NCBI GenBank assembly: GCA_963833985.1
Contig: CAWIAD010000002.1
Span: forward strand, 3,072,001 to 3,136,000
DNA from: an uncultured Planctomycetaceae bacterium
GTDB lineage: Bacteria; Planctomycetota; Planctomycetia; Isosphaerales; Isosphaeraceae
Length of the DNA stretch: 64,000 nucleotides
Direction of reading: 5' to 3'
Below, piece by piece: positions 1-10,417 of this stretch. The translations under genes and the position numbers were made by a program. Each line of letters opens with the position of its first letter. The first letter of the stretch is position 1. A model generated the notes under the pieces. That model was not told where the DNA came from. It ran no database searches and was given only the letters and a program-made list of their open reading frames with translations.

Positions 1-178
1 ATTTCCATCTCGGACACGGCCAGAGCGGCGCGGGGGCCATTCGAGCCGGCGGGACGTCCTTGCAAGGGCATCCTCGCGACCCGCGGCCGGGCGTTCCGCC
101 AGCCGTTCTCGATTCCTGCCCCGCCTGGCTCGCCGCCCGATCATCGGCTGCATGCGTCCTGCATTCAACCCCGGAATC

Positions 179-212
179 CCTTCATCCATTCTTCATGTCG
201 CGTTGTTAGAAT
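179..212 (+). promoter_or_regulatory. Putative Pho box plus extended -10 promoter of the pst operon
   Basis: CCTTCAT (179-185) and TCTTCAT (190-196) repeat with an 11-bp period. TG-n-TAGAAT follows (-10 at 207-212), 10 bp after the second repeat, upstream of pstS. Confidence 0.55.
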
Positions 213-466
213 TGGATCTTCTTGTCGGGCAGCGGCTCGGACCCGGGCGAGTCGGCGACTGGTGACCGATTTCGGACCGTGGCGGGATTCCGTAAACTAG
301 GGCTCAGGATGAGCTTTCCCGCACGGCGAGGCCGTGCCGCAAGCCCTATGCGAGACCGGTGATGGAGCCTGCGAGGTTCGTTGAGCAGACGGCATCGAGC
401 GCTCTTGCCGGTCCAGCATCTTGCGCTGGACAGACAAACTCTCCTGCAAACGAGAAAGAGATCCCG

Positions 467-1513
467 ATGTTGTCGATGCCCGGAAAACTGGCGTGCGCCG
501 GTCTGGTACTGGCGGGTCTTGCGCTTGGCGGCTGCGGAGCAACCAGTGAGACGGACACGGCCGGCGGTCCCAAGGGAAGCAAGGCAGCCGCGGCTGTGGT
601 GGTGGACGGTTCCAGCACCGTCTACCGGATCAGCAAGGCCGCCCAGGAAGCGTTCGAGGCGATTAACCCGGAAATCACCGTGGTGGTCGATAATCATTCC
701 ACCGGCGGCGGGTTCAGCCGTTACCTTCAGGGCGAGGTCGATATCGTGGACGCCTCGCGCACGGCCAAGCCGGACGAGGAGTCCAAGGCCAAGGCCCAGG
801 GGATCGAGTGGACGAGATTCCTGGTCGGGTATGACGGCATCACCGTGGCGGTGAACCCCAAGAACACATTCGTCGAGTCGCTCTCGGTCGATCAGCTCAA
901 GAAGCTCTGGCAGCCCGGTTCGTCTGTCAAGACATGGAAAGACCTGGATCCCTCGTGGCCCGACCGCAAGGTCATCCTCTACTCGCCCGACAATGACTCG
1001 GGAACGTTCGAGTTCTTCACGGAGGCGATCGTCGGCAAGGCGAAGTCCCAGCGCGACGGCGTGCAGCAGAGCGCTGACGACAACACGCTGGTGAACGGCG
1101 TGGCCAATGATGACGACGGCATCGGGTACTTCGGCTACGCTTACTACGCGGCCAACAAGGAGCGGCTGAAGGCGGTCGCGGTGCAGAACGGTGCCGATGC
1201 CAGGCCCTTGCTGCCCAGCCCGGAGACGATTGCCAACAAGAGCTACGCACCGCTCTCGCGCCCGCTCTTCATTTATGTCAAGAACTCGGCCGCGCGGCGC
1301 CCGGAGGTCAAGCAGTTCCTCAGCTACTATCTCGACAACATCGAGAAGCTCGCGGTCAAGGGCGGCTATGATCCGCCGACTCCGGAAGAGGCGAAGGCCA
1401 ACGGCGAGATTCTCTCGAAGCTTTACGGCGGAGCCGGGCCCGCGGCTGCGGCGCCCGCTGGCACAGCGCATGCCGAGAGCCCGGCAACCGGCGCGCCGGC
1501 GGCTGGTAAGTGA
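467..1513 (+). CDS. pstS: Phosphate ABC transporter substrate-binding lipoprotein
   Basis: Lipobox-like LGGC; motifs VDGSSTVY, STGGGF, ASR, DSGTFEFF, GYFGYAY, YAPLSRPLFIY. Start moved to ATG 467 so that a signal peptide is N-terminal. Confidence 0.95.
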   Translation: MLSMPGKLACAGLVLAGLALGGCGATSETDTAGGPKGSKAAAAVVVDGSSTVYRISKAAQEAFEAINPEITVVVDNHSTGGGFSRYLQGEVDIVDASRTAKPDEESKAKAQGIEWTRFLVGYDGITVAVNPKNTFVESLSVDQLKKLWQPGSSVKTWKDLDPSWPDRKVILYSPDNDSGTFEFFTEAIVGKAKSQRDGVQQSADDNTLVNGVANDDDGIGYFGYAYYAANKERLKAVAVQNGADARPLLPSPETIANKSYAPLSRPLFIYVKNSAARRPEVKQFLSYYLDNIEKLAVKGGYDPPTPEEAKANGEILSKLYGGAGPAAAAPAGTAHAESPATGAPAAGK

Positions 1514-1601
1514 GCCTGCCGCATGACCACTCTCGCACACGCTGGTTCGCCGCCGCCTCGATGGGCCAGGCGGTGAGCCGATCCTCCCCGGAGAACCGCG
1601 A

Positions 1602-2594
1602 GTGACCACGCCCGATCCATCGTCCGCCCCGTCGTCCGGGGCAGTGCTCAAGCCTGATGCGCGGGCCCAGCATGACCTCTGGTCGGGACATTCGCGGTTC
1701 TCGAACTTCTCGGAGCTCGCCATCGCTCTGGGGCTGGCTTTCTGTGCCCTGGTCACGGTCTTGACCACACTGGGCATCGTCATGGTTCTCAGTGCGCAGA
1801 CCCTCGAATTCTTCGTTCAGTCTCATGTCGGCATCTTTGAATTCCTGCTGGGAACCGAGCTCAAGCCAGAGGCCGAGCCGCCCAGGTTTGGTATTCTGCC
1901 GCTGGCCTGGGGAACCTTCGCAATCGCCTTCGGCTCATCGTGCCTGGCCTTGCCGATAGGGCTCCTGAGTGCAATCTATCTCAGCGAATACGCTCCGCGC
2001 AAGCTGCGCGCGGTTCTGAAACCGGCGCTGGAGCTGCTCGCGGGCATACCGACCATTGTTTACGGCTACCTGGCCCTGCTGCTGATCACCCCGGCACTCA
2101 AGGCGATCTTCGGGCCGATGGGCATCCGGGTGCCGCAATTCAACGCGCTGTCCGCCTGTATCGTCGTCGGCGTCATGATCATTCCGCTCGTCTCGTCGCT
2201 CAGCGAGGACGTCCTTTCCGCGGTCCCCCAGGGATTGCGCGAGGCCGCCTACGGGCTGGGAGCCACCAAGTTCGAGGTCTCAACCCGGATCGTGCTTCCC
2301 GCGGGGCTCTCCGGGGTGGTTGCCTCGTTCATCCTGGCGATCAGCCGGGCCGTCGGCGAGACCATGGCCGTGGTGCTGGCCGCAGGCATGCTGCCGCAGA
2401 TCACGCTCAACCCGCTCGACTCGCTCGAGACCATGACCACGTACATCGTCCAGGTGATCAGCGGCGAAGCTTCCTACGGCACTCCCAAGTATCTTTCGCT
2501 CTTTGCCGTGGGTCTGTCGCTCTTCGTCATCACCCTGGGCCTGAACATCATCTCGGGGCTGGTGCTGCGCCGCTATCGCGAGGTCTATCAATGA
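1602..2594 (+). CDS. pstC: Phosphate ABC transporter permease PstC
   Basis: AIYLSEYA, ELLAGIPTIVYG, REAAYGLGATKFE, SRAVGETM motifs; operon position. Confidence 0.95.
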   Translation: MTTPDPSSAPSSGAVLKPDARAQHDLWSGHSRFSNFSELAIALGLAFCALVTVLTTLGIVMVLSAQTLEFFVQSHVGIFEFLLGTELKPEAEPPRFGILPLAWGTFAIAFGSSCLALPIGLLSAIYLSEYAPRKLRAVLKPALELLAGIPTIVYGYLALLLITPALKAIFGPMGIRVPQFNALSACIVVGVMIIPLVSSLSEDVLSAVPQGLREAAYGLGATKFEVSTRIVLPAGLSGVVASFILAISRAVGETMAVVLAAGMLPQITLNPLDSLETMTTYIVQVISGEASYGTPKYLSLFAVGLSLFVITLGLNIISGLVLRRYREVYQ

Positions 2595-3538
2595 GCGTGA
2601 CCGCTGCACCGCTGTTCCGGCCGCACCGCATGGTTCGCAGCCTGCTGGGTCCCGTTTTCGGCGTCGCCTGCTTGCTGGCCACGCTCACCGGAGTGGTGGT
2701 GCTGCTGGTGCTCATGGGCTCCATCCTCTTCGCCGCGCTTTCGGGGAAACCAGAAAACCCCTGGTACGCGATCACGGCGAACCTGCGTGAGCTCTGGGGT
2801 CTCCTGAGCGCCGTCGCGGTGCGACCCCCGGCGACAGATCCCCAGAACGCCGGGTTCCGGGGAGGCATCATCGGCAGTCTCTGGCTGCTTGGACTGGTGA
2901 CTGCCATGGCAATTCCCGTGGGCGTCGGGGCAGGCGTCTACCTCGAGGAATACGCGCCCCCGGGACGGCTCAGGCGCATCATCCAGACGAACATCGCGAA
3001 CCTGGCCGGAGTTCCTTCGATCGTCTATGGCATCCTCGGACTGGCCCTCTTCGTGCGCGCATTCGGCGTGAAGTCCCTGGCGCTGGGATCTTCCCTGCTG
3101 GCCGGCGCCCTGACGCTCAGCCTGCTCATCCTGCCGATCATCGTGATCACCACCCAGGAGGCGCTGCGGACGGTTCCCTCGTCGCTCCGCCAGGCGGCCC
3201 TTGCGCTGGGGGCAACCCGCTGGCAGATGATCGTCGGGCATGTGCTGCCCTCGGCACTTCCCGGCATCATGACTGGCACGATCCTCGGCTTGTCCCGTGC
3301 CATCGGCGAGACCGCACCGCTGCTCATGGTGGGCGCGGCCGGAAGTCTCTTCAAGCTGCCGAAGGGCCCCATGGATCGCTACACCGCGCTGCCGGTGGAG
3401 ATTTATAACTACGCCAAGGAGCCCGCCAGAGCGTTCCAGGTTGTCTCCGCCGGCGGCATCATCATCCTGCTCATCCTGCTGCTTTCAATGAACGCGGCCG
3501 CCATCCTCATTCGCAACCGTTTCCGGCGCTACCAGTAA
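2591..3538 (+). CDS. pstA: Phosphate ABC transporter permease PstA
   Basis: ATGA overlap with pstC stop at 2591; [29 protein letters not shown] motifs. Confidence 0.95.
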   Translation: MSVTAAPLFRPHRMVRSLLGPVFGVACLLATLTGVVVLLVLMGSILFAALSGKPENPWYAITANLRELWGLLSAVAVRPPATDPQNAGFRGGIIGSLWLLGLVTAMAIPVGVGAGVYLEEYAPPGRLRRIIQTNIANLAGVPSIVYGILGLALFVRAFGVKSLALGSSLLAGALTLSLLILPIIVITTQEALRTVPSSLRQAALALGATRWQMIVGHVLPSALPGIMTGTILGLSRAIGETAPLLMVGAAGSLFKLPKGPMDRYTALPVEIYNYAKEPARAFQVVSAGGIIILLILLLSMNAAAILIRNRFRRYQ

Positions 3539-3554
3539 TTCCGGCCGCATTCCC

Positions 3555-4433
3555 ATGAGCGAAAGCGACCCTTTATTTATGAATGCCACTGAGCCTCTCA
3601 TCCAGTCCACCCCCGCGCCTTCCGGGGCCGCGGCTCCGGCCGGCGATGTCCCGTCCATGGTCCTCACCACCCGGAGCCTCTCGGTCTGGTATGGCCAGGC
3701 GCTGGCTCTGCGCGAGATCTCCATCGACATCCCGCGGAACAAGATCACCGCGCTCATCGGCCCTTCCGGCTGCGGCAAGAGTACGCTGCTGCGCTGCTTC
3801 AACCGCATGAACGACCTGATCCCCGGCACTCACATGGAAGGTGACATCCGCTTTGACGGCGACCTCATCTCCACGCCCGGCACCGACGCGGTCTCTCTGC
3901 GACGGCGCATCGGCATGGTCTTCCAGAAGCCGAACCCTTTCCCCAAGAGCATCTACAACAATATTGCCTGGGGCGCGCGGATCAACGGCTACCAGGGCGA
4001 CATGGACGAACTGGTGGAGCGATCGCTCCGCCGCGCTGCCCTCTGGGACGAGGTGAAGAACAAGCTCCATCGCTCGGGACTGGAGCTCTCCGGCGGCCAG
4101 CAGCAACGGCTCTGCATCGCTCGCACCCTGGCCGTCGAGCCCGAGGTCATCCTCATGGACGAGCCCTGTTCGGCGCTCGACCCGGTCTCCACGGCGCGCG
4201 TCGAGGACCTCATGGACGACCTCAAGGCCGACTACACCATCCTCGTGGTCACACACAACATGCAGCAGGCGCACCGCGTCAGCGACTTGACCGCCTGCCT
4301 GATGCTCGACGAGACGGTCTCCGCCGACGTTCATCGCACCGGCATCCTCGCCGAGTTCAGCCCCACCGACATCCTCTTCACCAACCCCAAGGACAAGCGC
4401 ACGGAAGCCTACATCACCGGCCGTATCGGCTGA
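3555..4433 (+). CDS. pstB: Phosphate ABC transporter ATP-binding protein
   Basis: Walker [47 protein letters not shown]-terminal YITGRIG. Confidence 0.97.
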   Translation: MSESDPLFMNATEPLIQSTPAPSGAAAPAGDVPSMVLTTRSLSVWYGQALALREISIDIPRNKITALIGPSGCGKSTLLRCFNRMNDLIPGTHMEGDIRFDGDLISTPGTDAVSLRRRIGMVFQKPNPFPKSIYNNIAWGARINGYQGDMDELVERSLRRAALWDEVKNKLHRSGLELSGGQQQRLCIARTLAVEPEVILMDEPCSALDPVSTARVEDLMDDLKADYTILVVTHNMQQAHRVSDLTACLMLDETVSADVHRTGILAEFSPTDILFTNPKDKRTEAYITGRIG

Positions 4434-4443
4434 GGCAATCACC

Positions 4444-6183
4444 ATGACATGGCTCCTGCGACGAAGCCGGGCTGCTTTGCGATTTTTTGCCTCTCTGACC
4501 ATCGTCCTGAACGCCGGCGGAGTCTCTTCCCGGGCGGCCGAGCCCCCTGGTCTACCTTTTCCCGAGCGCTGGGTCTATTGCAGCACCAACCTGCTGGTCG
4601 ATCAGCAGGTCGAGCGCTTGCTCGAACTGATCGAACGCGCTCGCAAGAGCGGCTACACCGCGATCATGCTGGCCGACTACAAGTTCCAGATCCTCGACCG
4701 CATGGAGGAGCGTTACTTCCGCAATGCCGAGCGGGTCAAGGCGGCCGCAGCCCGAGCGAAGATCGAGATCATCCCGGCCGTCTGTAGCATTGGCTACAGC
4801 AACGGCATCCTGGCGCACGACCCGAACCTGGCCGAAGGGATCGTGGCGCACGACATCCCGCACAGGGTCAGCCACGGCGCCGGGGTGCTCGAGGAGCTTC
4901 CCGAGGCACACATCCAGAACGGCGGCTTCGAGCAGGCCAGCGCGCACAGGTTCGCGGGCTTCGGATTTCAGGACGACCCGGGCAAGTCCACCAGCGCCGA
5001 CGCAGAAGTGGTGCACGGCGGGCGGTTCTCGTGCCGGGTCGAGCCGGGCAAGAACACACAGGGAGGAGGCAACGCGCGCCGTGACCCAGACCGTGAAGGT
5101 GCGGCCGCACGCCTGCTACCGGATCTCGTGCTGGGTGAAGTCGCGGCGCTCAGCTCGCCCGGCTCGTTCCACTTGCTGGCCCTGGGGGCCAGCGGACGCT
5201 CCCTTACCTTCCAGGAAGGCGGACTCGAGCCGACGACCGGATGGAAGAAAGTCTCCGTCGTGTTCAATACGCTCGATCAGAGCGCCGTGAACATCTATGC
5301 GGGATACTGGGGCGACGGCACGGGCACGCTCTGGCTCGACGACCTCAAGCTCGAGGAGCTGTCGCTGCTCAACGTCCTGAGGCGCAAGGGCTGTCCCTTC
5401 GAGGTCAAGTCTTCCGACGGCAAGATGATCTATCACGAGGGGCGAGACTACCTGCCCGTTGCCGATCCCAGGCTGGGGCAGGTTCCCTTCGCCGGCGAGT
5501 TCGACAACGACCACGAGAGCCCGCGCCTCGAGATGGCCCCCCGGTCGCGCATCCGGGAAGGCCAGCGCCTGCTGATGAGCTGGTACCACCCGTTCCTCAC
5601 GCTCGACTCGCAGGTGATGTGCTGCCTGAGCGACCCGCAGGTCATGGAGATCGTGCGTGACCAGGCAAGCCGGGTGAATGCCCTCTTTCACCCCCGAACC
5701 TTCTTCATGTCGCATGACGAGATCCGCTTCGCCAACTGGTGCCGCGACTGCCAGGACCGCAAGCAGACACCCGGGCAGATGCTGGCACAGAACGTTCAGG
5801 ACTGCGCGGCGATCCTCAGGAAGATCAACCCGCAAGCCCGGATCGTGGTCTGGTCAGACATGTTCGACCCGCACCACAACGCCATCGACCACTACTATCT
5901 CGTCAACGGCACGCTCAAGGGCTCGTGGGCGGGCCTGCCGCGCGACGCGATCATCGCCAACTGGAATAGCGGCAAGGCCCGCGAGAGCCTGAACTGGTTC
6001 GCCAGCCAGGGTCATCGCCAGGTCATCGCCGGCTATTACGACTCGGACGACCTGGCCGGCCTGGAAGCCTGGAAGTCCGCCGCCCGCGGCGTGGACGGCG
6101 TCTTCGGCTTCATGTACACCACCTGGGCGTCGCGTTACGGCATGCTGGAACGCTACGGCGAGGAGCTCGGGAAGAGCCGCTGA
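4444..6183 (+). CDS. Secreted putative glycoside hydrolase (GH20-like TIM barrel) with inserted CBM4/9-like module; apparent compensating frameshifts at ~5080 and ~5147
   Basis: Signal peptide; NGGFE and LWLDD jelly-roll motifs; MSHDEI and VWSDMF GH20-like motifs. The typical CBM segment TQTVKVRPHACYRISCWVK lies in another frame. Confidence 0.6.
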   Translation: MTWLLRRSRAALRFFASLTIVLNAGGVSSRAAEPPGLPFPERWVYCSTNLLVDQQVERLLELIERARKSGYTAIMLADYKFQILDRMEERYFRNAERVKAAAARAKIEIIPAVCSIGYSNGILAHDPNLAEGIVAHDIPHRVSHGAGVLEELPEAHIQNGGFEQASAHRFAGFGFQDDPGKSTSADAEVVHGGRFSCRVEPGKNTQGGGNARRDPDREGAAARLLPDLVLGEVAALSSPGSFHLLALGASGRSLTFQEGGLEPTTGWKKVSVVFNTLDQSAVNIYAGYWGDGTGTLWLDDLKLEELSLLNVLRRKGCPFEVKSSDGKMIYHEGRDYLPVADPRLGQVPFAGEFDNDHESPRLEMAPRSRIREGQRLLMSWYHPFLTLDSQVMCCLSDPQVMEIVRDQASRVNALFHPRTFFMSHDEIRFANWCRDCQDRKQTPGQMLAQNVQDCAAILRKINPQARIVVWSDMFDPHHNAIDHYYLVNGTLKGSWAGLPRDAIIANWNSGKARESLNWFASQGHRQVIAGYYDSDDLAGLEAWKSAARGVDGVFGFMYTTWASRYGMLERYGEELGKSR

Positions 6184-6198
6184 CCGGTCTACCGGGCT

Positions 6199-7321
6199 TC
6201 AGTGCTCCCCCGCATTCCCGGTACGCGTCATCCGCCGTTCTCCATCGCCCACCCGGAAGATGGCCCCGGTCACCCGCCCTTCTCGGTCCTTCTCGAATGT
6301 GAGCTGACCGTCGGTGCGAGGCATGAAAAAGAGCGTGTCGGAGACCGGATCAACCCGCACTGGGATCTCCCGGAACGGCAGCTTGATGAGCAGGTGTCCG
6401 CCCTCCGGCCGGATCGAGAACTGCAAGTCGCCCGGCTTCGCTCCGGCCGAATACTGCCCGGCATAGGCGGCCAGTGCGTCGGAAGAGAGGGTGACGATGT
6501 CCGGGCGCTTCAGGTCCTCGGCCGAGGGTGCGGGCCGCTCGGGCAGGTCGCGCACCCAGATGTTCCGGAACCGCACGCGATGGCCATGGTCCTGAAGCTC
6601 GATGGGTCCACGCTCCACCCTGGGATCGTAATCGTTCGGCTCCAGCCACGACGTCTGCCCCCAGGGCTCCTCGTTGTTCTGGACCAGGATGCCGTTCAGG
6701 AACACCGTGATTCGCGCGGGCTCGTGCAGCTTGCCGCCGGCATCGAACCGCGGCCGGCGGAACGCGATGTCGTAAGTCTGCCACCGGCCCGGCGGCCGCG
6801 CCGCGTTCGCCAGCGGCGGGTACTGACCGTAAATGGACCCCACGTACCCGTCGGCGTACGTGTCGGCATGATAGGAATCGATCACCTGGATCTCGAACTG
6901 GCCCATCAGGAAGATGCCGCTGTTGCCACGGTCCTGCCCCTTGCCGACGGGAGGATCCGGCGCGGCCCACTCGACGTGCAACTGCATATCGCCGAACTTT
7001 GTCCTGGTCTGGATGCCCCCCGCGCCGGGAACGACCTCGAAGTAGCCCTGCTTCACGGCCCAGCGCCGGCCTGCCGTCGCTGCCCTGCCAGGCGTTCAGA
7101 TTCGAGCCGTCGAAGAGCACCGTGGCATCGCCGGGTGCGGTGCCGGCGCGCGCATCCTCGCTTGCCGGTTCAACAACGGGTGGCCTGGGGCGCCGGATGT
7201 CGTGCTGCCGCCAGTGCGGGGGCGCCGGCTCGTCCGCTGCGAAGGCCGCCGTCGCGGCGATCGGCAGACTGATGCTGAAAACGAGCCAGTGAGCTACGCT
7301 TCGAGTCGGTCGCGCAGGCAT
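6199..7321 (-). CDS. DUF1080 (3-keto-disaccharide hydrolase-like) protein with C-terminal DUF3471-like domain; frameshift ~7064
   Basis: N-terminal half (signal peptide, APGDATVLFDG..L..W) is in ORF 6350..7360. C-terminal half (FGDMQLHVEW, GNSGIFL, WQTYDI, LQDHG, FRNIW) is in ORF 6199..7056. Confidence 0.85.
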
Positions 7322-7404
7322 GACATCGGTCCTCAAAGGGGTAAACGCGCGGTACCGCACGCGGGATGGGCAGACCTAAAAGCTTAGCGTCTTTCCCGGC
7401 CGAC

Positions 7405-8703
7405 TCAACGGCCTGCTCCGCCCGCCGGCTCGTCGGAGAGTGGACCGAGGTATGCCCGGCCGCGCAGCGCCTCCGGCAAGCAGGACATCTGCTCGCGGGC
7501 CTGCGGGTCATCATGAACATAGCGATATCCCTGCCCGTAGCCGACCCGTTTCATGAGCGGCGTGACGGCGTTCCGCAGGTGATGAGGAACCGGTTCGCGG
7601 CTGGTCCTGGCGGCGTCGGCCGCGGCCGCGGTATACGCCCGCAGCACGGCGTTCGACTTGGGGGCTCCGGCCAGGTAGATGGTCGCCTGCGCCAGCGGGA
7701 AGAGCCCCTCCGGCATGCCGATGAGGTGGACAATCTGGGCCGCGGCCGCGGCCTGAACCATCGCCTGCGGGTCGGCCAGGCCAATGTCCTCGGACGCCAG
7801 GATGCATAGCCGCCGGGCGATGAACAAGGGGTCAGCACCGCCCTCGATCAACCGCGCCAGCCAGTACAGCGCAGCGTTCCCGTCCGAGTTTCGCAGGCTC
7901 TTGATGAGCGCAGAGATCAGGTTGTAGTGGTCCTCGCCCTGGCGATCGTACGCATACCGCGCGTGGCCCAGCGCCTCGACCAGCGCGGACTCGGTGACCT
8001 GCCTCGTTCCGTCGGCTCCAGCAGGAGCCGCCAGCACGGCGTCCTCGAGGGTTGTCAAGGCCACGCGGGCGTCGCCCTCGGCCCAGCCGGCGAGCTGCGC
8101 CAGCAGCTCGGGGGCGATCGCCGGCCGCAGACCTGCCAGCCCGCGCGGGGCGTCGGCCAGGGCGCGGTTCAGGATGAGCACGACCTCCTCGGCGGCCAGC
8201 GGCTCCAGCACGGCGACCCGGCAGCGCGACAGGAGCGCCGCGTTGACCTCGAACGACGGGTTCTCGGTGGTGGCCCCGATGAGGTGGACCGTGCCCTGCT
8301 CGACGGCGTGCAACAGGGCGTCCTGCTGGGCCTTGTTGAAGCGGTGGATCTCGTCGATGAAGAGGATGACGCGTTTTCCCCGGCGTCGCATCGAGCCCGC
8401 CTCGTCGATCGCCGCGCGGACCTCCTTGACGCCGGCAAGCACCGCCGAAAGCGCGATCAACCGGGCGCCGCTGGCCCGCGCTACCAGCCGCGCCAGCGTG
8501 GTCTTTCCCGTCCCTGGCGGCCCCCAAAGAATCAGCGACGGCAGCTTGCCGCCGGGGCCGAGGGCACGTGCCAGCACCGAATCGCCGCCCACGAGCGCGC
8601 TCTGCCCCACGAACTCCTCGAGCGAGCGGGGCCGCATCCGCTCCGCCAGCGGCGCGTCCGCCGCGATCACCGGCTCCTCGTCAGGAAGATCGAACAGGGT
8701 CAT
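7405..8703 (-). CDS. rarA: Replication-associated recombination protein A (MgsA/RarA AAA+ ATPase)
   Basis: [69 protein letters not shown]. Confidence 0.95.
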   Translation of the reverse strand: MTLFDLPDEEPVIAADAPLAERMRPRSLEEFVGQSALVGGDSVLARALGPGGKLPSLILWGPPGTGKTTLARLVARASGARLIALSAVLAGVKEVRAAIDEAGSMRRRGKRVILFIDEIHRFNKAQQDALLHAVEQGTVHLIGATTENPSFEVNAALLSRCRVAVLEPLAAEEVVLILNRALADAPRGLAGLRPAIAPELLAQLAGWAEGDARVALTTLEDAVLAAPAGADGTRQVTESALVEALGHARYAYDRQGEDHYNLISALIKSLRNSDGNAALYWLARLIEGGADPLFIARRLCILASEDIGLADPQAMVQAAAAAQIVHLIGMPEGLFPLAQATIYLAGAPKSNAVLRAYTAAAADAARTSREPVPHHLRNAVTPLMKRVGYGQGYRYVHDDPQAREQMSCLPEALRGRAYLGPLSDEPAGGAGR

Positions 8704-9371
8704 CGGCTCATTCCTGGCCACGGAGCCATCCTCGGAAGGTGCAGGAAATGGAGGCCGGATCTTTACTGAGTTTGCGTACACATTATAGCGGATTGACTGC
8801 CAACGAGCCATCGTCGACAGGCGTGTCCGTCTGGCTGCCGTTTCACGGCCGCTCTTGCTTGCGCCACGGTGGTGTCGATCCATGCCCCTCGGAAATGGGT
8901 TCGTTCTCGCCGTGCTGCCATCGAAGCCATCGGACGTAACCCCTTTTGCAGATTGGTTTTCAACACGGTTTTTCGCGTTTTTGCCTGGGTTCGTTCATCG
9001 TTATTCCGCATGCCGATCCCTCGCCAGACCCTGTCAAGCCGACCTGATACCAGGCGGACCGCCGCCCGCCGGCGCGGCGCCGGACTTCCCCCCTGGCGGC
9101 GCGCCGGTCCGTGCAAACTACCGAAATGCCAAGGAGCCGGCGCGGTACGCCGTCACTATTGAGTCTACGGTGCAAACGCCGGGAATCCTGGGAACCAGCA
9201 CACGGTTTCTCTCCCTGTGCCGGCGCGGTTGGGTCCTTCCATCTCAGGTGACGCATGCGTCGGCTCGAATCGCTTGCGGCCCCGGGGTTGAATTGCGGCG
9301 CGTTCACGATGGGAATCATGGCCCCCGAACGAAAGTCCGCGCTCGTTGAGTTCAGGGCTGCGGGCTAACGA

Positions 9372-9832
9372 CGGTGCGTCGTCGCTCGGATCGACTCACC
9401 CGACGGTTTCAGCTTCCGGGCCTGGCCGATCCCGTGATCCCCGCCCGACCCCCCTCGATCGCATCGTCGCCGCGGCCCCCGACCCGAAATACGTCACGTT
9501 CATCCACCCCGCAGCCGTCCAGGGCCGTCACGGACTTCGCGCGGCTCGCCGCCAGCTTGAACCAGCGCCGCCTCGAAATCCCCTGCTGTTGCTGAAGAGC
9601 CGTGGAATCTCTGACAATTGTAGAGGGGATGGTTGCCTCGCGGAGAGATTCGCAGTGTTTCGGACGTGTCTCCGCGACGCAACCATCTTCTCCCTCGGGT
9701 TTTCGGGCAAGTTTCCTGCCCTCCGGTACACCTATATCTTAAAGAATTAATGGTCTTTCGTAAGTACCTACGGACATGCAACTTGCGGCGTCAACCATAT
9801 CAGGGCGTGTCGAGCGCAGCGACGACGCACCG
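9372..9832. repeat. Pair of oppositely oriented REP-like sequences (9372-9404 and 9802-9832)
   Basis: CGGTGCGTCGTCGCT..TCGAC at 9372 is the reverse complement of GTCGAGCGCAGCGACGACGCACCG near 9809-9832. Confidence 0.5.
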
Positions 9833-9857
9833 ATTTTGCGTTCCTGGGATCCTCCCT

Positions 9858-10127
9858 GGTCGGGCTCACGCCCGAGGTTGGAGGCTGCGCCCGTGAAAAC
9901 CACGTGCTAACGCACGTGGCCATGTGCCGCGGAGTCCATGGCGCTGACGCACGTGGCCATGTGCCGCGGACGCCAGGGCGCTCGCGCACGTGGGCATGCG
10001 CTACGAAAGCCGGGACCGGCGGACCGGCGCCGGGGCCTTGCGTGCGATGCGGCGACGTGCAGGTCGGGCTTACGCCCGAGGTTGGAGGCTGCACCCGTGA
10101 AAACCACGCGCTGACGCACGTGGTCAT
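9858..10127 (+). repeat. ~65-bp direct repeat with internal hairpin plus a 37-bp tandem repeat
   Basis: GGTCGGGCT(C/T)ACGCCCGAGGTTGGAGGCTGC(G/A)CCCGTGAAAACCACG occurs at ~9858 and ~10062. A 37-bp unit GCT.ACGCACGTGGCCATGTGCCGCGGA.. starts at 9906, 9943 and partially 9980. Confidence 0.8.
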
Positions 10128-10417
10128 CCGGCCTGGACTCCGTGGTGCTGGCGTCCGAGGTCATCCGACTTGAAAGAAAGAGAGGGCGACCGTCCGGGTA
10201 GGTATCTGTCCCTGTAGGATGAGTATGCTGTACCCGGAACCCGACGCGCAAGAGGTGAGCCGAGGGGCAACTCGCCGCTATACTCGATGGTGAGCGAGGG
10301 GCCCGAGGATGACAGGGAATGAAACGATCACGATGAGCCGGCCGGGTGAGATGAGGAACGCCCAGCGCGCGGCCGCCTGGCCTCCGCGTTGAAAAGACGG
10401 TTCTCAAGGAGCCAGTT

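Noticed and set aside
206..1783. 525-aa minus-strand ORF and similar long antisense ORFs (e.g. 43831..45918, 52987..54651, 50461..51768)
   Set aside because: They overlap well-supported genes on the opposite strand and have no recognisable motifs.
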